Origin: Eledone cirrhosa
Taxonomy: Eukaryota
Assembly (NCBI GenBank): GCA_964016885.1
Contig: OZ024740.1
Location: 70,308,001-70,372,000 of the forward strand
Reading direction: 5' to 3'
DNA length: 64,000 bases
In this document: positions 28,288 to 40,291 of the stretch, piece by piece
Layout: every line of letters starts with the position of its first letter
Position numbering within the stretch: position 1 is the first letter of the stretch
Made by a program: the position numbers and the translations under genes
Notes under the pieces: generated by a model
What the model was told of the DNA's origin: nothing
Seen by the model: the letters and a program-made list of their open reading frames with translations, nothing else
Database searches by the model: none

Positions 28288-29112
28288 CAGACAAATAATG
28301 ACCGCTACATTTTCTCGCATCAAACTTAAAATAGAATGCAACTGGACATAGAGCTATTGTATTTGCTGACACACACATCGTCCACTTAAACTTTCTTTCT
28401 TTCTTTTCTTTTATTTAGTTGTTTGTTTGTTTATTTGTTTGTTTATTTGACTTTTAGTCTAAGCTTATGTTCTTCATGCAGTCTGCCATTTGCTGATTTT
28501 GTTGAAGATGTTCTTACTTTAAACTAGCATCGACATCGTCGTCGTCGTCACCATTATTATCATTGTTGTCATTCTCATTATCATTGTCGTTATAATCATC
28601 GTTGTCGCCATCGTCTTCTTTACCGTCGTTTCCGTCACCATCGTTATCGTTGTCTCCGTCACCATCATCATCGTTGTCGTCGTCTTCATCATTACCATCA
28701 ACTTGGTTGTAGCTGTCGTTAGCATTGATAATGCCATCAATTTTATTTGAGCTCATATCAAGTAGTGGGGCGGATTTGTATTCTGATAATACATCCTAGG
28801 TGCCAATGGAATTATGTTGTTGATAGATACTCCGTTGATTTCTACGAGGAGCATTCAACCGTTCGATCAAACGAATTATCTACTCGCTAAATTAATTTGT
28901 AATTTGGTTAGTATTGGCTCGTTCAATTAGAATACATTGAACGTGCTTCGGCACAGTTTCTGTCTACCTAGTTTTGTTCACAAGACTTTAGTCAACTCGA
29001 GACAATGATAAAATATGCTATTCAGCCGAATTGAACTTGCTTGAACGCCTTGCACGTCGGTAAGACTATCATGTTCGATGTAGATATTGCTATTATAATT
29101 AGGATGACGGAG

Positions 29113-29460
29113 AGCGGTGGCTTGGAAGAGTCGCTAGAGCATCCAACAAATGCTTAGTAATATATGTTCCGACTCTTTACTTTCTGACTTCAAATCCCAC
29201 CGAGGTGAACTTTGCCTTTCATTATTCGAGGGTGGATAAAATAAAGTACTAATTCACATACCGGGTGTCTATGTAATTAACTTCCTTCCCCACAAATTGC
29301 TGACATTGTGCCTAAATTAGAAAGCATTGATAGAATCATTAGAGCACTGGAAAAAACACTTGCGTTTATTTTTTTTTTTTTCGGCTCTTTTCATTTTGAG
29401 TTCAAATCTTGTTAAGGGGTTAACTTTGCCTTTCATCCTTCCAATATCCATAAAATAAGC
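29113..29460 (+). mobile_element. SINE family A, one full and one partial copy in tandem
   Basis: Two B-box plus AACTTTGCCTTTCAT cores. Confidence 0.7.
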
Positions 29461-29504
29461 TACTGCTTATATATTTTGTTCTTAAACAAGAAACATTATT
29501 TCGT

Positions 29505-29800
29505 GTATAGTGCTCACTAATAAGCTTGAAACTAGTACATCGTTCCTGTGTCAGTGTTGAACAAAAGGGCGACGATGGTTGCCGAGCACTGTACGGCGTA
29601 ATTCAGGTTGTTTGTTTACTAACAAACCTAACATTATAATAAATGTTCGGTAAACCCATACGTACATATATATATGTGTGCATGTATGTATATATATACA
29701 TACTACTGTACGTCTGTATACATATATGTATGTACGTATACATACTTATATTTAGGTATCAGCCGTACTAAGAGTGAGAAATGAAATTTCGTTTCATTCT
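29505..29800 (+). mobile_element. Diverged copy of HHR repeat family H, ribozyme core damaged
   Basis: AAGCTTGAAACTAGTACATCGTTCCTGTGTCAGTGTTGAACAAAA and downstream sequence match the 63026-63590 unit; CTGATGA is missing. Confidence 0.8.
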
Positions 29801-29847
29801 TTTCCATATATATATATGTATATATATGTGCGTGTGTGTATATATAC

Positions 29848-29901
<54 letters not shown>

Positions 29902-29989
29902 CATCACATAAGAAACGGAGAATCAGTGGTGCGACGAATAAAATTGTAATATGTCTAATAAATTTATTCGTCATATTATACTCTGCTCT

Positions 29990-30049
29990 ATAAAAGCATC
30001 GAGTACTCAAACGACCTACCGCATGCGGACGCTTTAAGCACCCCACACC

Positions 30050-30105
<56 letters not shown>

Positions 30106-30417
30106 TAGGGTGTGGTAAAATACCAGTTGGACCATAACCCACCAGAGTACTCGATACTTGGGGTAGCAGAATATGAAGAGATTCGGGACCCGATGGCTGA
30201 GCTCCGGCCGTTCGGATTTAGCTGTCAAAACGGCCGGAGCTCAGCCATCGGGTCCCGAATCTCTTCATATTCTGCTACCCCAAGTATCGAGTACTCTGGT
30301 GGGTTATGGTCCAACTGGTATTTTACCACACCCTATCTGATATATATATATATATAATTGGTGTGGGGTGCTTAAAGCGTCCGTATGCGGTAGGTCGTTT
30401 GAGTACTCGATGCTTTT

Positions 30418-30418
<1 letters not shown>
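29990..30418. repeat. Near-perfect palindrome spanning internal (TA)n
   Basis: 30100-30212 versus 30229-30340 appears perfect; the symmetry continues at 29990-30055 versus 30355-30418. Confidence 0.95.
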
Positions 30419-30480
<62 letters not shown>

Positions 30481-30505
30481 AAAGTACGTCTATGGCTCTG
30501 TATAA

Positions 30506-30538
<33 letters not shown>

Positions 30539-30570
30539 AATGAAAGGTATAGAAAATATTGTAGCAAAAA

Positions 30571-30643
<73 letters not shown>

Positions 30644-30647
30644 ATAA

Positions 30648-30745
<98 letters not shown>

Positions 30746-30754
30746 ATAAATATG

Positions 30755-30809
<55 letters not shown>

Positions 30810-30840
30810 GTGTGTGTGTGTGTGTGTAAATATAAATATG

Positions 30841-30905
<65 letters not shown>

Positions 30906-30961
30906 TAGATTTACATATACATAAACTAGGTTTATGCATATGTAAATCTATATATTTTATA

Positions 30962-31013
<52 letters not shown>

Positions 31014-31377
31014 CATATTTATATTTACACACACACATATATATATATATTTATTTATATATTTATACATATATATACATATATATACATACATATGTAT
31101 ACGTACATATATATACACGTGTGTGTGTGTATTTTGATCAGTGCAAACGCCTATTTCTTTATTTACACAAGCCCCACAAAACCTTGTATAATGATTATGT
31201 TTATGTTTATTTACCTCTAGCTAAAAACTAATTATCTGTTCACTAATTAAGGTTATACAGTCTTATTTTCTTTTCTTGCTCTGCACCATTTACATTGGCT
31301 AATGTTCACAAAAATCAGGTGTTTATGATGCATGGGTGTGCAGATGTGTATGCAGGTGCATGTATACATGTACATAT

Positions 31378-31426
<49 letters not shown>

Positions 31427-31436
31427 AGTGCACCTT

Positions 31437-31467
<31 letters not shown>

Positions 31468-31631
31468 CTCTCTTTCACTCACTCTTCTCCCTGTGTATTT
31501 AATACATGTGTGTGTATGCATATGTATAAATGTAGGACAAGAGGCAGCCTAAAAAGTCGACAACACGGACAAGTAAATATTTATACATGTATATAAATCA
31601 ATTTGCGCACAGGCCTAAATATATGTAAATG

Positions 31632-31703
<72 letters not shown>

Positions 31704-31704
<1 letters not shown>

Positions 31705-31784
31705 TGGGTCGTCAAGTATGAAATTTGTAGAGATTTGTATTTTTTTTCTAAAAATTTCTACAAACTTCATACTTGACGACCCAA
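31704..31784. mobile_element. Small mariner-like MITE or fold-back
   Basis: TA-TTGGGTCGTCAAGTATGAAATTTGTAGA...TCTACAAACTTCATACTTGACGACCCAA; arms about 33 bp. Confidence 0.6.
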
Positions 31785-31856
31785 TGTATATATGTATATA
31801 TATATATATATGTGTATATATGTGTGTGTGTACACGTGTGCGTATATATACATATG

Positions 31857-31907
<51 letters not shown>

Positions 31908-32228
31908 GCCTCATCATGTGCAAATATGCACTTAGGAAGTTATGTGTCTCTGTTTAATTGTTGGTGCATCGGGACGCGATTACGTAATCATCATGAATTC
32001 CGCCCGTTCACCTCTTTTCTTACAGAATAAATTTGAAATTTATATCTGTAAAAAGATTAGTTGTCCTGCACTGGTCAGCTCTGAACAAGTGGTCGTTTGA
32101 ACAAAGAGTTTTTACCCTTCAATAACCATCTTTTTCTTTAAAAAATCAAACAAAACAAAACCAGTATATATATATATATATATTGGTTATTAATATATAT
32201 ATATATATATTGGTTATTGATTAGGCGA

Positions 32229-32342
32229 TACCCGCTGATGAAGCCGCATAAGCCGATTGTGCATTGTTGCATAATATATGCAGACGGATGGTGCAGTGCA
32301 CCTTACTGCTGCATTAGTGCGGCAGAAACTCGAGTCCGGGTA
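32229..32342 (+). ncRNA. Type I hammerhead ribozyme, extended branched stem II (family B)
   Basis: tacccg-CTGATGA-a gccgcat...gtgcggc a-GAAA-ctcgag-TC-cgggta. 6-bp stem I, palindromic stem III, GUC site. Confidence 0.85.
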
Positions 32343-32486
32343 CCCATTATAGGCACCCTTTTTACGTGTGTTGTTGAAGCAAATAACTAGGTGTATACTC
32401 TGGGAATGTATCTTACATTGCCCATGGAGTACGCTGAACTACAACCGGTACTGGCATTGATAAATATGCTGGGTCCGTCAACTCCT

Positions 32487-32532
<46 letters not shown>

Positions 32533-32539
<7 letters not shown>

Positions 32540-32770
32540 TGTATTATAGTATATTTGGCAATACACTGTATGTTTAATTAAAAACATTTTGAAGACCATT
32601 CGCTATGAGTTTCAAAGTAGTGACTTTGTCGCTTACTTATTCTCAGCTCCGATGTTTTTGCCGAGAATGTGACATAGTCACTACTTTAAAAACTCATTGC
32701 GAATGGTCTTCAAATTATTTTAATTAAACATACAGTATATTACCAAATATACTATACATAGATTCATATA
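32533..32770. repeat. Imperfect inverted repeat (arms about 100 bp) between (TA)n tracts
   Basis: 32533-32630 versus 32670-32770; related sequence at 60757-60845. Confidence 0.85.
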
Positions 32771-33529
32771 TACATCGCTATTTCAGAGCACCATTACTAA
32801 TATATATATATATATATATATATTAGTACGCTTTAAATGTCACTTTAATCATCTTAAAGAAGATTTGTCTGCTATTTCTAAAAGGTTGAGTGACCTGCTG
32901 GAGCAGTGTTTCCGAAGCTCGTCTTATCACGGAACTCTAACCTATATGCATGTATGTACATATCTATGTATGTAGTATGTATTTATGTGTGTATATATTA
33001 TATATTTATCTCTGTATGTAAGTATGTATGTTATATATATATATGTGCGTGTGTGTGTGTGTATGTGTGTGTGGGGGGCACGTGTGCAGAGGCCTTCCGA
33101 GGCCGAGAAGCTTAATGCCATTGATTTATTTGAAATGTTGCATATTCACTCTCTTAGGAAAAAACATGAAGAAGGCTGATATTCTGGTCATGAAGAAATG
33201 GGCGCAATGGCTAGCATGTGGCCTTCTCCACTCTAGCTTTTTTTTAATGACATTTTAGAGGGACAATTTATTACTATAGAAAAGGCAGTTTTAGTAAATT
33301 TTATTAAGACACATTATCCCTCAGAACCCGCTTTGGGAAACACTAGTCTAGATTAATGTTCATATTTCTGTAACCCCCTCCTCATTTACAAGTTCACCGT
33401 GCTGATTCCTACAATCTACTAACATATAAGAAAACAATAGTCTTATATACAACATAATTTATTGCATATCATTAACAGCTTTATGTTAATTAATGGTTAA
33501 CTTGGTATATCATTGTTTCATTATATCAA

Positions 33530-33721
33530 GGGCGGTGGATTGGCAGTATCGGTAGAGGGTCGGACGCCATGCTTTTCAGCACAGTTACGCCCCTTTCCGG
33601 ACTGAGTTCAAATCCCGCCGAGGTTAACTTTGCCTTTCATCCTTACGGGGTCGATAAAATAAAGTACCAGTAATACACTGAGATAATTGCTGGCCTTGTG
33701 CCAAAAGTAGAAACAATTATT
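33530..33721 (+). mobile_element. tRNA-derived SINE, family A (reference copy)
   Basis: A box TGGCAGTATCGG, B box GAGTTCAAATCC, and core GCCTTTCATCCTTACGGGGTCGATAAAATAAAGTACCAG resembling conserved metazoan SINE central domains. Confidence 0.85.
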
Positions 33722-34049
33722 TCATTATATCATTTCAATTTGTTAACAATTTAAACGTTAACATCTACTTTTAAATTCATCAGTTTTCAGATAATCAAAA
33801 CTTTGAATCCTCTGATAAATTACGCCTATGAACCTGTCCAAGCAATTTCCCCCTACACTGTACACTAAAATAGAGGTGAAGCATACCTATTACCGATTAA
33901 CGAGAGTGCAGGTGATCAACTTGGCTGGATGCCGATTAACCAGTCGAGTTTATTATATCCAGTAAGGAACATTGTGTTGTATCTTCTCTCTCAACAGCCC
34001 TGTTAATCAAGATTCAAGTAGGCAATTACTGTGTGAGTTAAAGTCTGTT

Positions 34050-34317
34050 CTAAGCAGAAGGCTCATCAGGTCGGTGCTTATTCCTGGAATCTTGGCGTTA
34101 AGCGTCTGAGAGTACAAGACTCTCCCTGGATAGGATGCCGGTCTATCGAAGGATTAACTTCCCAGCTAGTGTTAGTACTCTTTCTCAGCTGAGTGTACTG
34201 GAGCAAGGTAAAATAAACTGTTTCTCAAGCAATGAACGCAGCAACCTTTCCAGGAATCGAGCCGACGACATTACGATCCTACGTCAAGTATTCTAACCAT
34301 TAGGCTATGCGCCTTCA
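34050..34317 (-). mobile_element. SINE related to family B
   Basis: tRNA-like head on minus (GAAGGCGCATAGCCTAATGGTTAG...TCGATTCC). Confidence 0.7.
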
Positions 34318-34421
34318 CAATTACTGGTAGTGAAATAATTTACCCTACGTCTGCCCTGATCAAGTATTCTTATGGTCAAACGTTCTAGTCGTTATCATCC
34401 CGTCTTTTATATCCAAAACTA

Positions 34422-34651
34422 CGGGGTGTGCCAGAAGTTCATGACTCACTTGACTATTTATAAAATAATCAAATTTAGAAAAAATAAATTAAAAAAAGCT
34501 GTGAGGCATATTAAGAAATAAAAATATAAATTAATAAACGTGCTAAGCATATTAAGAAATAAAATAATAAATTAAAACAATACAATAACAATAGAATAAG
34601 CATTTTAAGAAATATAACTAACAAGCGGGTCGTGAATTCTGGTCCACCCTG
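34422..34651. mobile_element. Tc1/mariner-type MITE
   Basis: TA-CGGGGTGTGCCAGAAGTTCATGACTCACTTG...CAAGCGGGTCGTGAATTCTGGTCCACCCTG-TA; imperfect TIRs of about 30 bp, TA on both sides, AT-rich interior. Confidence 0.75.
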
Positions 34652-35070
34652 TACATTGACCAATGTGTCTTTTTTTCCAAGACAGTCGGTTGTGATTTAA
34701 GGGTGTTTATTTTCAAGATATCGAGCGAGTACATATAGATCCATACCCACCACACTACACGGAGAAGCTATACAGCAATCATTGACGATGACTTGCAGTA
34801 CTGAGTTAAATTTTTTCATGGAGGGTAACTACATGAGAGAGACTGGTGTTCTTTCCAGATGAAGATTTTACAATACTCGTTAATCCCAGAATTCAGCGAG
34901 GGAAAAATTCACTATCTAGCATTTTGAGAAAAGCGTATATACATACTTGTTTTGGAATTTGTCCACACATATTGTGGGGTGGGGGGCGGGCTATATTTGC
35001 ATATATGTATGTATTATATATATATTTGTATGTATAGATGTATCTAGACATGTGTGGGTGTAGCTATGTG

Positions 35071-35163
<93 letters not shown>

Positions 35164-35750
35164 AAACCGTATACATATATGTAATGCGTAACGGGTGTTA
35201 CTACATTCAACAGGGATATGGTCTGATAAGAAAATACAAGAATGATTTCTTTGCTTTGCGATTGTTTGACTGTGAATGTGTGTGTGAGTGTGTATGTGTA
35301 TGCTTGTGTATGTGGGTGTGTATAGATGTGGAAGTCTGTGGATATGTGATTGTGTGTGTAAGTTGATATATGAGTGTGTATACGTATTATACGTATATCT
35401 TTGTATGTGGTTGTCTGAGGATGTGAATGTATGTGCGGAGGAGTTTGAAAATGGGTGTGCATGTACTTGTGTACGTAGTATACTAACACGTTGTGACTAG
35501 TTCATGAAGCTGGTGGTGGAAGTGGTGGTGGTGGTGGTGGTGGAAGTGGTGGTAGTAGTTTTGGAGATGTTAGTGGCAGTGGTTGTAGTGGCGAATTTGA
35601 TGATGTTTGTGATGATGGTGGTTTTAGGGGTGATAGAGGATGTGGTGATTGTGAATGCTTTGTGATAGGGATAATGGGGAGTAGGGAGCTACTCATCGTG
35701 ATATATGTCTGTATGTGTTTATATGTACGCGCATGTGCGTCTATATGCGA

Positions 35751-35810
<60 letters not shown>

Positions 35811-35815
<5 letters not shown>

Positions 35816-36306
35816 AAAGATTGTTTAATGTTTACTTGTTCCGTTCATATTTACAGTTCTGGTATCTCAAATTAGTACCATGGAACAACCACTATTATAG
35901 ACACCATATATATTTCCGTGGGTAGTTAGTACCTACTGGAATATCTATATCATTTATCTGAATTCTCCTTAATGTTGAGAAAAAATGTTGTATTATGCTG
36001 CTATTTCTAGTAACATGAAATATCAACTAGTCTATTATTCCCGCTCTTTCTAACGGCCCATTTGTGTGGTGGTCATTTTAACGGTTTGATTCATTCACCG
36101 GGCAGAAAGCGACACATCCACATCTACGTGGATTTATATCTAGTAGGTTTGGAAAAGCTATCTGAAGAGCTGTATATTTCCATTGGAAATTCTCTGAATT
36201 TCCAATCTTTTGATAAGCGAAACCGTCGGTCATGGCACTAGAGGAGGTAAATATTTAAATCGTATTTTAATTTATTTAAAAGATTGTTTAATGTTTACTT
36301 GTTCCG

Positions 36307-36313
<7 letters not shown>
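35811..36313 (+). mobile_element. Terminally redundant 463-bp HHR unit between (TA)n tracts
   Basis: 40-bp direct repeat at 35811-35850 and 36274-36313, with one HHR inside. Confidence 0.7.
36157..36236 (+). ncRNA. Type I hammerhead ribozyme (family D)
   Basis: gctat-CTGAAGA-gct..attggaaatt ctctg aatttccaat..agc-GAAA-ccgtcgg-TC-atggc. Confidence 0.8.
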
Positions 36314-36349
<36 letters not shown>

Positions 36350-36370
36350 GAGCAACAAAAATAAATAAGC

Positions 36371-36413
36371 CTCTCTGACGACGGTTAACGAACCTGAAAC
36401 AGTACTGTAAGTG
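36371..36413 (+). ncRNA. Minimal hammerhead ribozyme (family E, weak stem I)
   Basis: ctct-CTGACGA-c ggtt aacg aacc t-GAAA-cagtactg-TA-agtg. Confidence 0.65.
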
Positions 36414-36570
36414 CGGTCTCCCTTTGTTGCTAAGAATAGCAGTGACATATCACATTTTAAAATTCATAGCGAGGTTACAGGGATGTCTATTTGAATGGAC
36501 ATTACCTATATGATTTAATATTAAAACCCCGGTTACACACACTCATTCACACACACACACACACACCTAT

Positions 36571-36725
<155 letters not shown>

Positions 36726-37265
36726 TGGGTGTATATGTAAAAAGTAAACAGAAATAACAAAGCAAATGACACAATACAATGAAGAAATATGATGGTATGA
36801 AAATATGTTAGCGTTGAGAATGGTCTAACATTGGCTCAAGCCCAGAGATTTAATGGGAGGAGCCAATACTTAACTCGTACTTTACTTTATTGACCATAGA
36901 AAGATGAAAAACAATTTTTTACTTCGACAAGATTTGCACTCAGAACGTATAATACCAGAAAAGAATGCCACAAAGCATTTTATCAGACCCTCTAATTGTT
37001 GTGCCAATCTAGCGTCTTTAGTTCTCTGGTTAATATTGACTTAAGTGGTGTTAATATGTGACACAAGTTCATCGACTGTTCATATATAGTCTCCATGTTT
37101 GACCCTGATTGCGCCAATTAACGAGGGAACTTCTACCAAAGGCCATTTCAAGATAATATTATAGTAAAATCGAAAGTTGAAGAGGGGCTGAGAGGACAAG
37201 CCGAAGGGTTGGAAGAGGCAGGGAATTAGTGCGATTCAGACAGACAAATGACACGTCAGAGAGAA

Positions 37266-37451
<186 letters not shown>

Positions 37452-37899
37452 TAGTATCAGAAAGAGAGATTGAAGGATAAAGATTACTGTTCTATTTCAG
37501 ACCACTCCCGCTTAACTCTCCGACTCGCACTTCATTAGAGCTTTCAGACATTACTCATTTTATTTCGGGGTGGTTCAGAATCGGTAATTTTTGTGCACAG
37601 ATTATTCCTACTATTAAAAAACAAACTGTCACGTTTACTATATACCTATATGAATGTGCATTACATAATTAATTATGTGCTAAGACAGATATTGCATGTA
37701 TATAGATACGCATACATAATAAGGCGAGCTAGCGCAAGTATTCATTCATGGTGTGGGGGATAGTAGCCAAATATCCCTCAAATCACACTATCATTATTTT
37801 TCAAGAAAAATGGAGAATAGTATGATGTAGTTTTAGATGCACTGTCTAGCAATGGGGATGGCCATGACTGAAACGCCTTAGATCTTTTATTGAACCTCC

Positions 37900-38185
37900 A
37901 TCGGTTCCGACGATGAGATATAAAAAGTTGTTCAAACATCGGCACAGACTGCTTATGAAATTAATCTGCAAGTGACCCAACATTCCGCAATTACGGTCAC
38001 TCTTAGCATAGTTCTCAGGGAGATTCAACATGACACAGATTGTGATAAGACCGTCCCTTTCAATTACAGATGCAATACATGCAACGTGAAATTAAGTCTC
38101 GCTCAAGACAGCGTGCCACCGGGAATCGAACCCATGACCTTTGGAACGTAATCTGAACACCTTAAAAACTAAGACACGTGCCCCC
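37900..38185 (-). mobile_element. SINE family B
   Basis: Similar to 11240-11560 along its length. Confidence 0.7.
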
Positions 38186-38474
38186 ATAAATAACATTATA
38201 TACTCGTCTAACTACTTATTAAACATATGCATATACTCCAAGACATGTAGGAGAACACAAATAACATAAATTTTGTCATACCAGAAGAGCAATGGGCGTG
38301 GGAGACGGTTAAGTCTTCAGTGAGTTACTCGAGTTAATGAACAAAATACGTAGCGTATATCACATTATCACAAACATGCACAATGTTATTCAACACTCAA
38401 ACTACATGAGAAACAGACAAGGAGAGAACGAGACGTGTCTTATGTGTACTTATGTATATTGTTTCAAGCAAGCT

Positions 38475-38584
<110 letters not shown>

Positions 38585-38789
38585 TACATATGTGTGTCTG
38601 TATGCATGTGTATGTGTAAGTATGTGTGGAAATGTGTACATATATATATTATATATATATATGTATATTATATGTATATTATATATATATATATATATAT
38701 ATATGCACCATAATTTGCCTTGGTGGCCCTTGAAATATGTATAATGAAATAAATATGGTTATATAAATATAGTTTCCATTTGTTAATAT

Positions 38790-38873
<84 letters not shown>

Positions 38874-39072
38874 TGAGAAAAACCACAGACCCTCCATCTC
38901 AACACTACTTTTGAAAAGCAGAAGAACTGCGAAACCGGTAAAGGAACCAAATAAATATATATATATTTTTTAAAATAAGACTCCAGTTGCATTTTCGATT
39001 TCATCTTTTTTTCTTTATACTTTCACTCGTGTAGGACACCTCGGTTATTTTTCATTTTGTAAAAGAAAACTC

Positions 39073-39204
<132 letters not shown>

Positions 39205-39359
39205 TGGATCTATACTATATATATATAGAAGGGGTATTTAATTTGTTGGAAGTCCGACAAATATAAATATTTATAACTGATTTAGAGCACTCAACAGTTA
39301 CTGGAGTAAATATTCAATGATATTAAATAAATGGAAACTATATTTATAAAACCATATTT

Positions 39360-39421
39360 ATTTTATTATATATATTTCTAGGGTACCAAGACAACATTGG
39401 TACGCTTTCATAAGATAAAAT
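39360..39421 (-). ncRNA. Degenerate hammerhead ribozyme (family C)
   Basis: Minus strand: attttat-CTTATGA-aagc gtaccaa tgttgtc ttggtac ccta-GAAA-tatata-TA-ataaaat. Core G mutated; flanks match 59790-60030. Confidence 0.6.
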
Positions 39422-39803
39422 ACAAAGTTTGTTTTATAAATAGAGACATACCCATGAAAACCATACCTTATCGGTTGGAAATTCACTGGATAGTGGAAAT
39501 ATATTAGGGATTATTCAAACTTATGTATATATATATATACATTTATATATATATATCGATCGTGTATACATATATTTATTCTTTTAATATCCAATTGAGT
39601 TCTTAAACACGTGGTTATAATACCTAACGTGTATATTGTTTTATATTTTAAGATGACCTCCCCTTACCCTCTTAGGGGGAGCGTATATCTTATCTTTATA
39701 AGGACTGCTGGCCTTTCGAATCTAGCAGTCTCTTTAGCGCTGAAGGAGACAATCACTAATTTATTAATGTCGATGTAATTTTTATATCGATATTATTTGG
39801 GCA

Positions 39804-39927
39804 TCCACTGATGAGTTTATAAGAGCCCGCTTGTGTATAAGACTATGGGTTATATACAAGTTTCTACATAACCTGGACATTATTTATCCCAAATTGTAGA
39901 AATCTTATAACGAAACGATCGTCTGGA
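39804..39927 (+). ncRNA. Type I hammerhead ribozyme, branched stem II (family A copy 2, intact core)
   Basis: tcca-CTGATGA-gtttataaga..[cttgtgtataa/ttatatacaag][tttctaca/tgtagaaa]..tcttataac-GAAA-cgatcg-TC-tgga. Confidence 0.85.
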
Positions 39928-40107
39928 AGGAAAGAGTTATTTATTTAATTATGTCTCATATAAAATAATACAACCAACTATCCACAAAATACTGAACAGT
40001 TAGCACCCCAAACACTAAGTTGGGAAAATACTGAGGTATATCCTAAAGTTTGTTGAGTGAGATGGAGTTGGTCAGAGTATCGCTTAAGGCTTTCTCTATT
40101 AATGTAT

Positions 40108-40174
<67 letters not shown>

Positions 40175-40218
40175 ATTTATATATATATACGTTATTCCGG
40201 GTTGAATCGGAGGTAACT

Positions 40219-40283
<65 letters not shown>

Positions 40284-40291
40284 TATATATA

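Noticed and set aside
33530-33620. tRNA gene
   Set aside because: A and B boxes are present but there is no cloverleaf; it continues into a multicopy SINE body.
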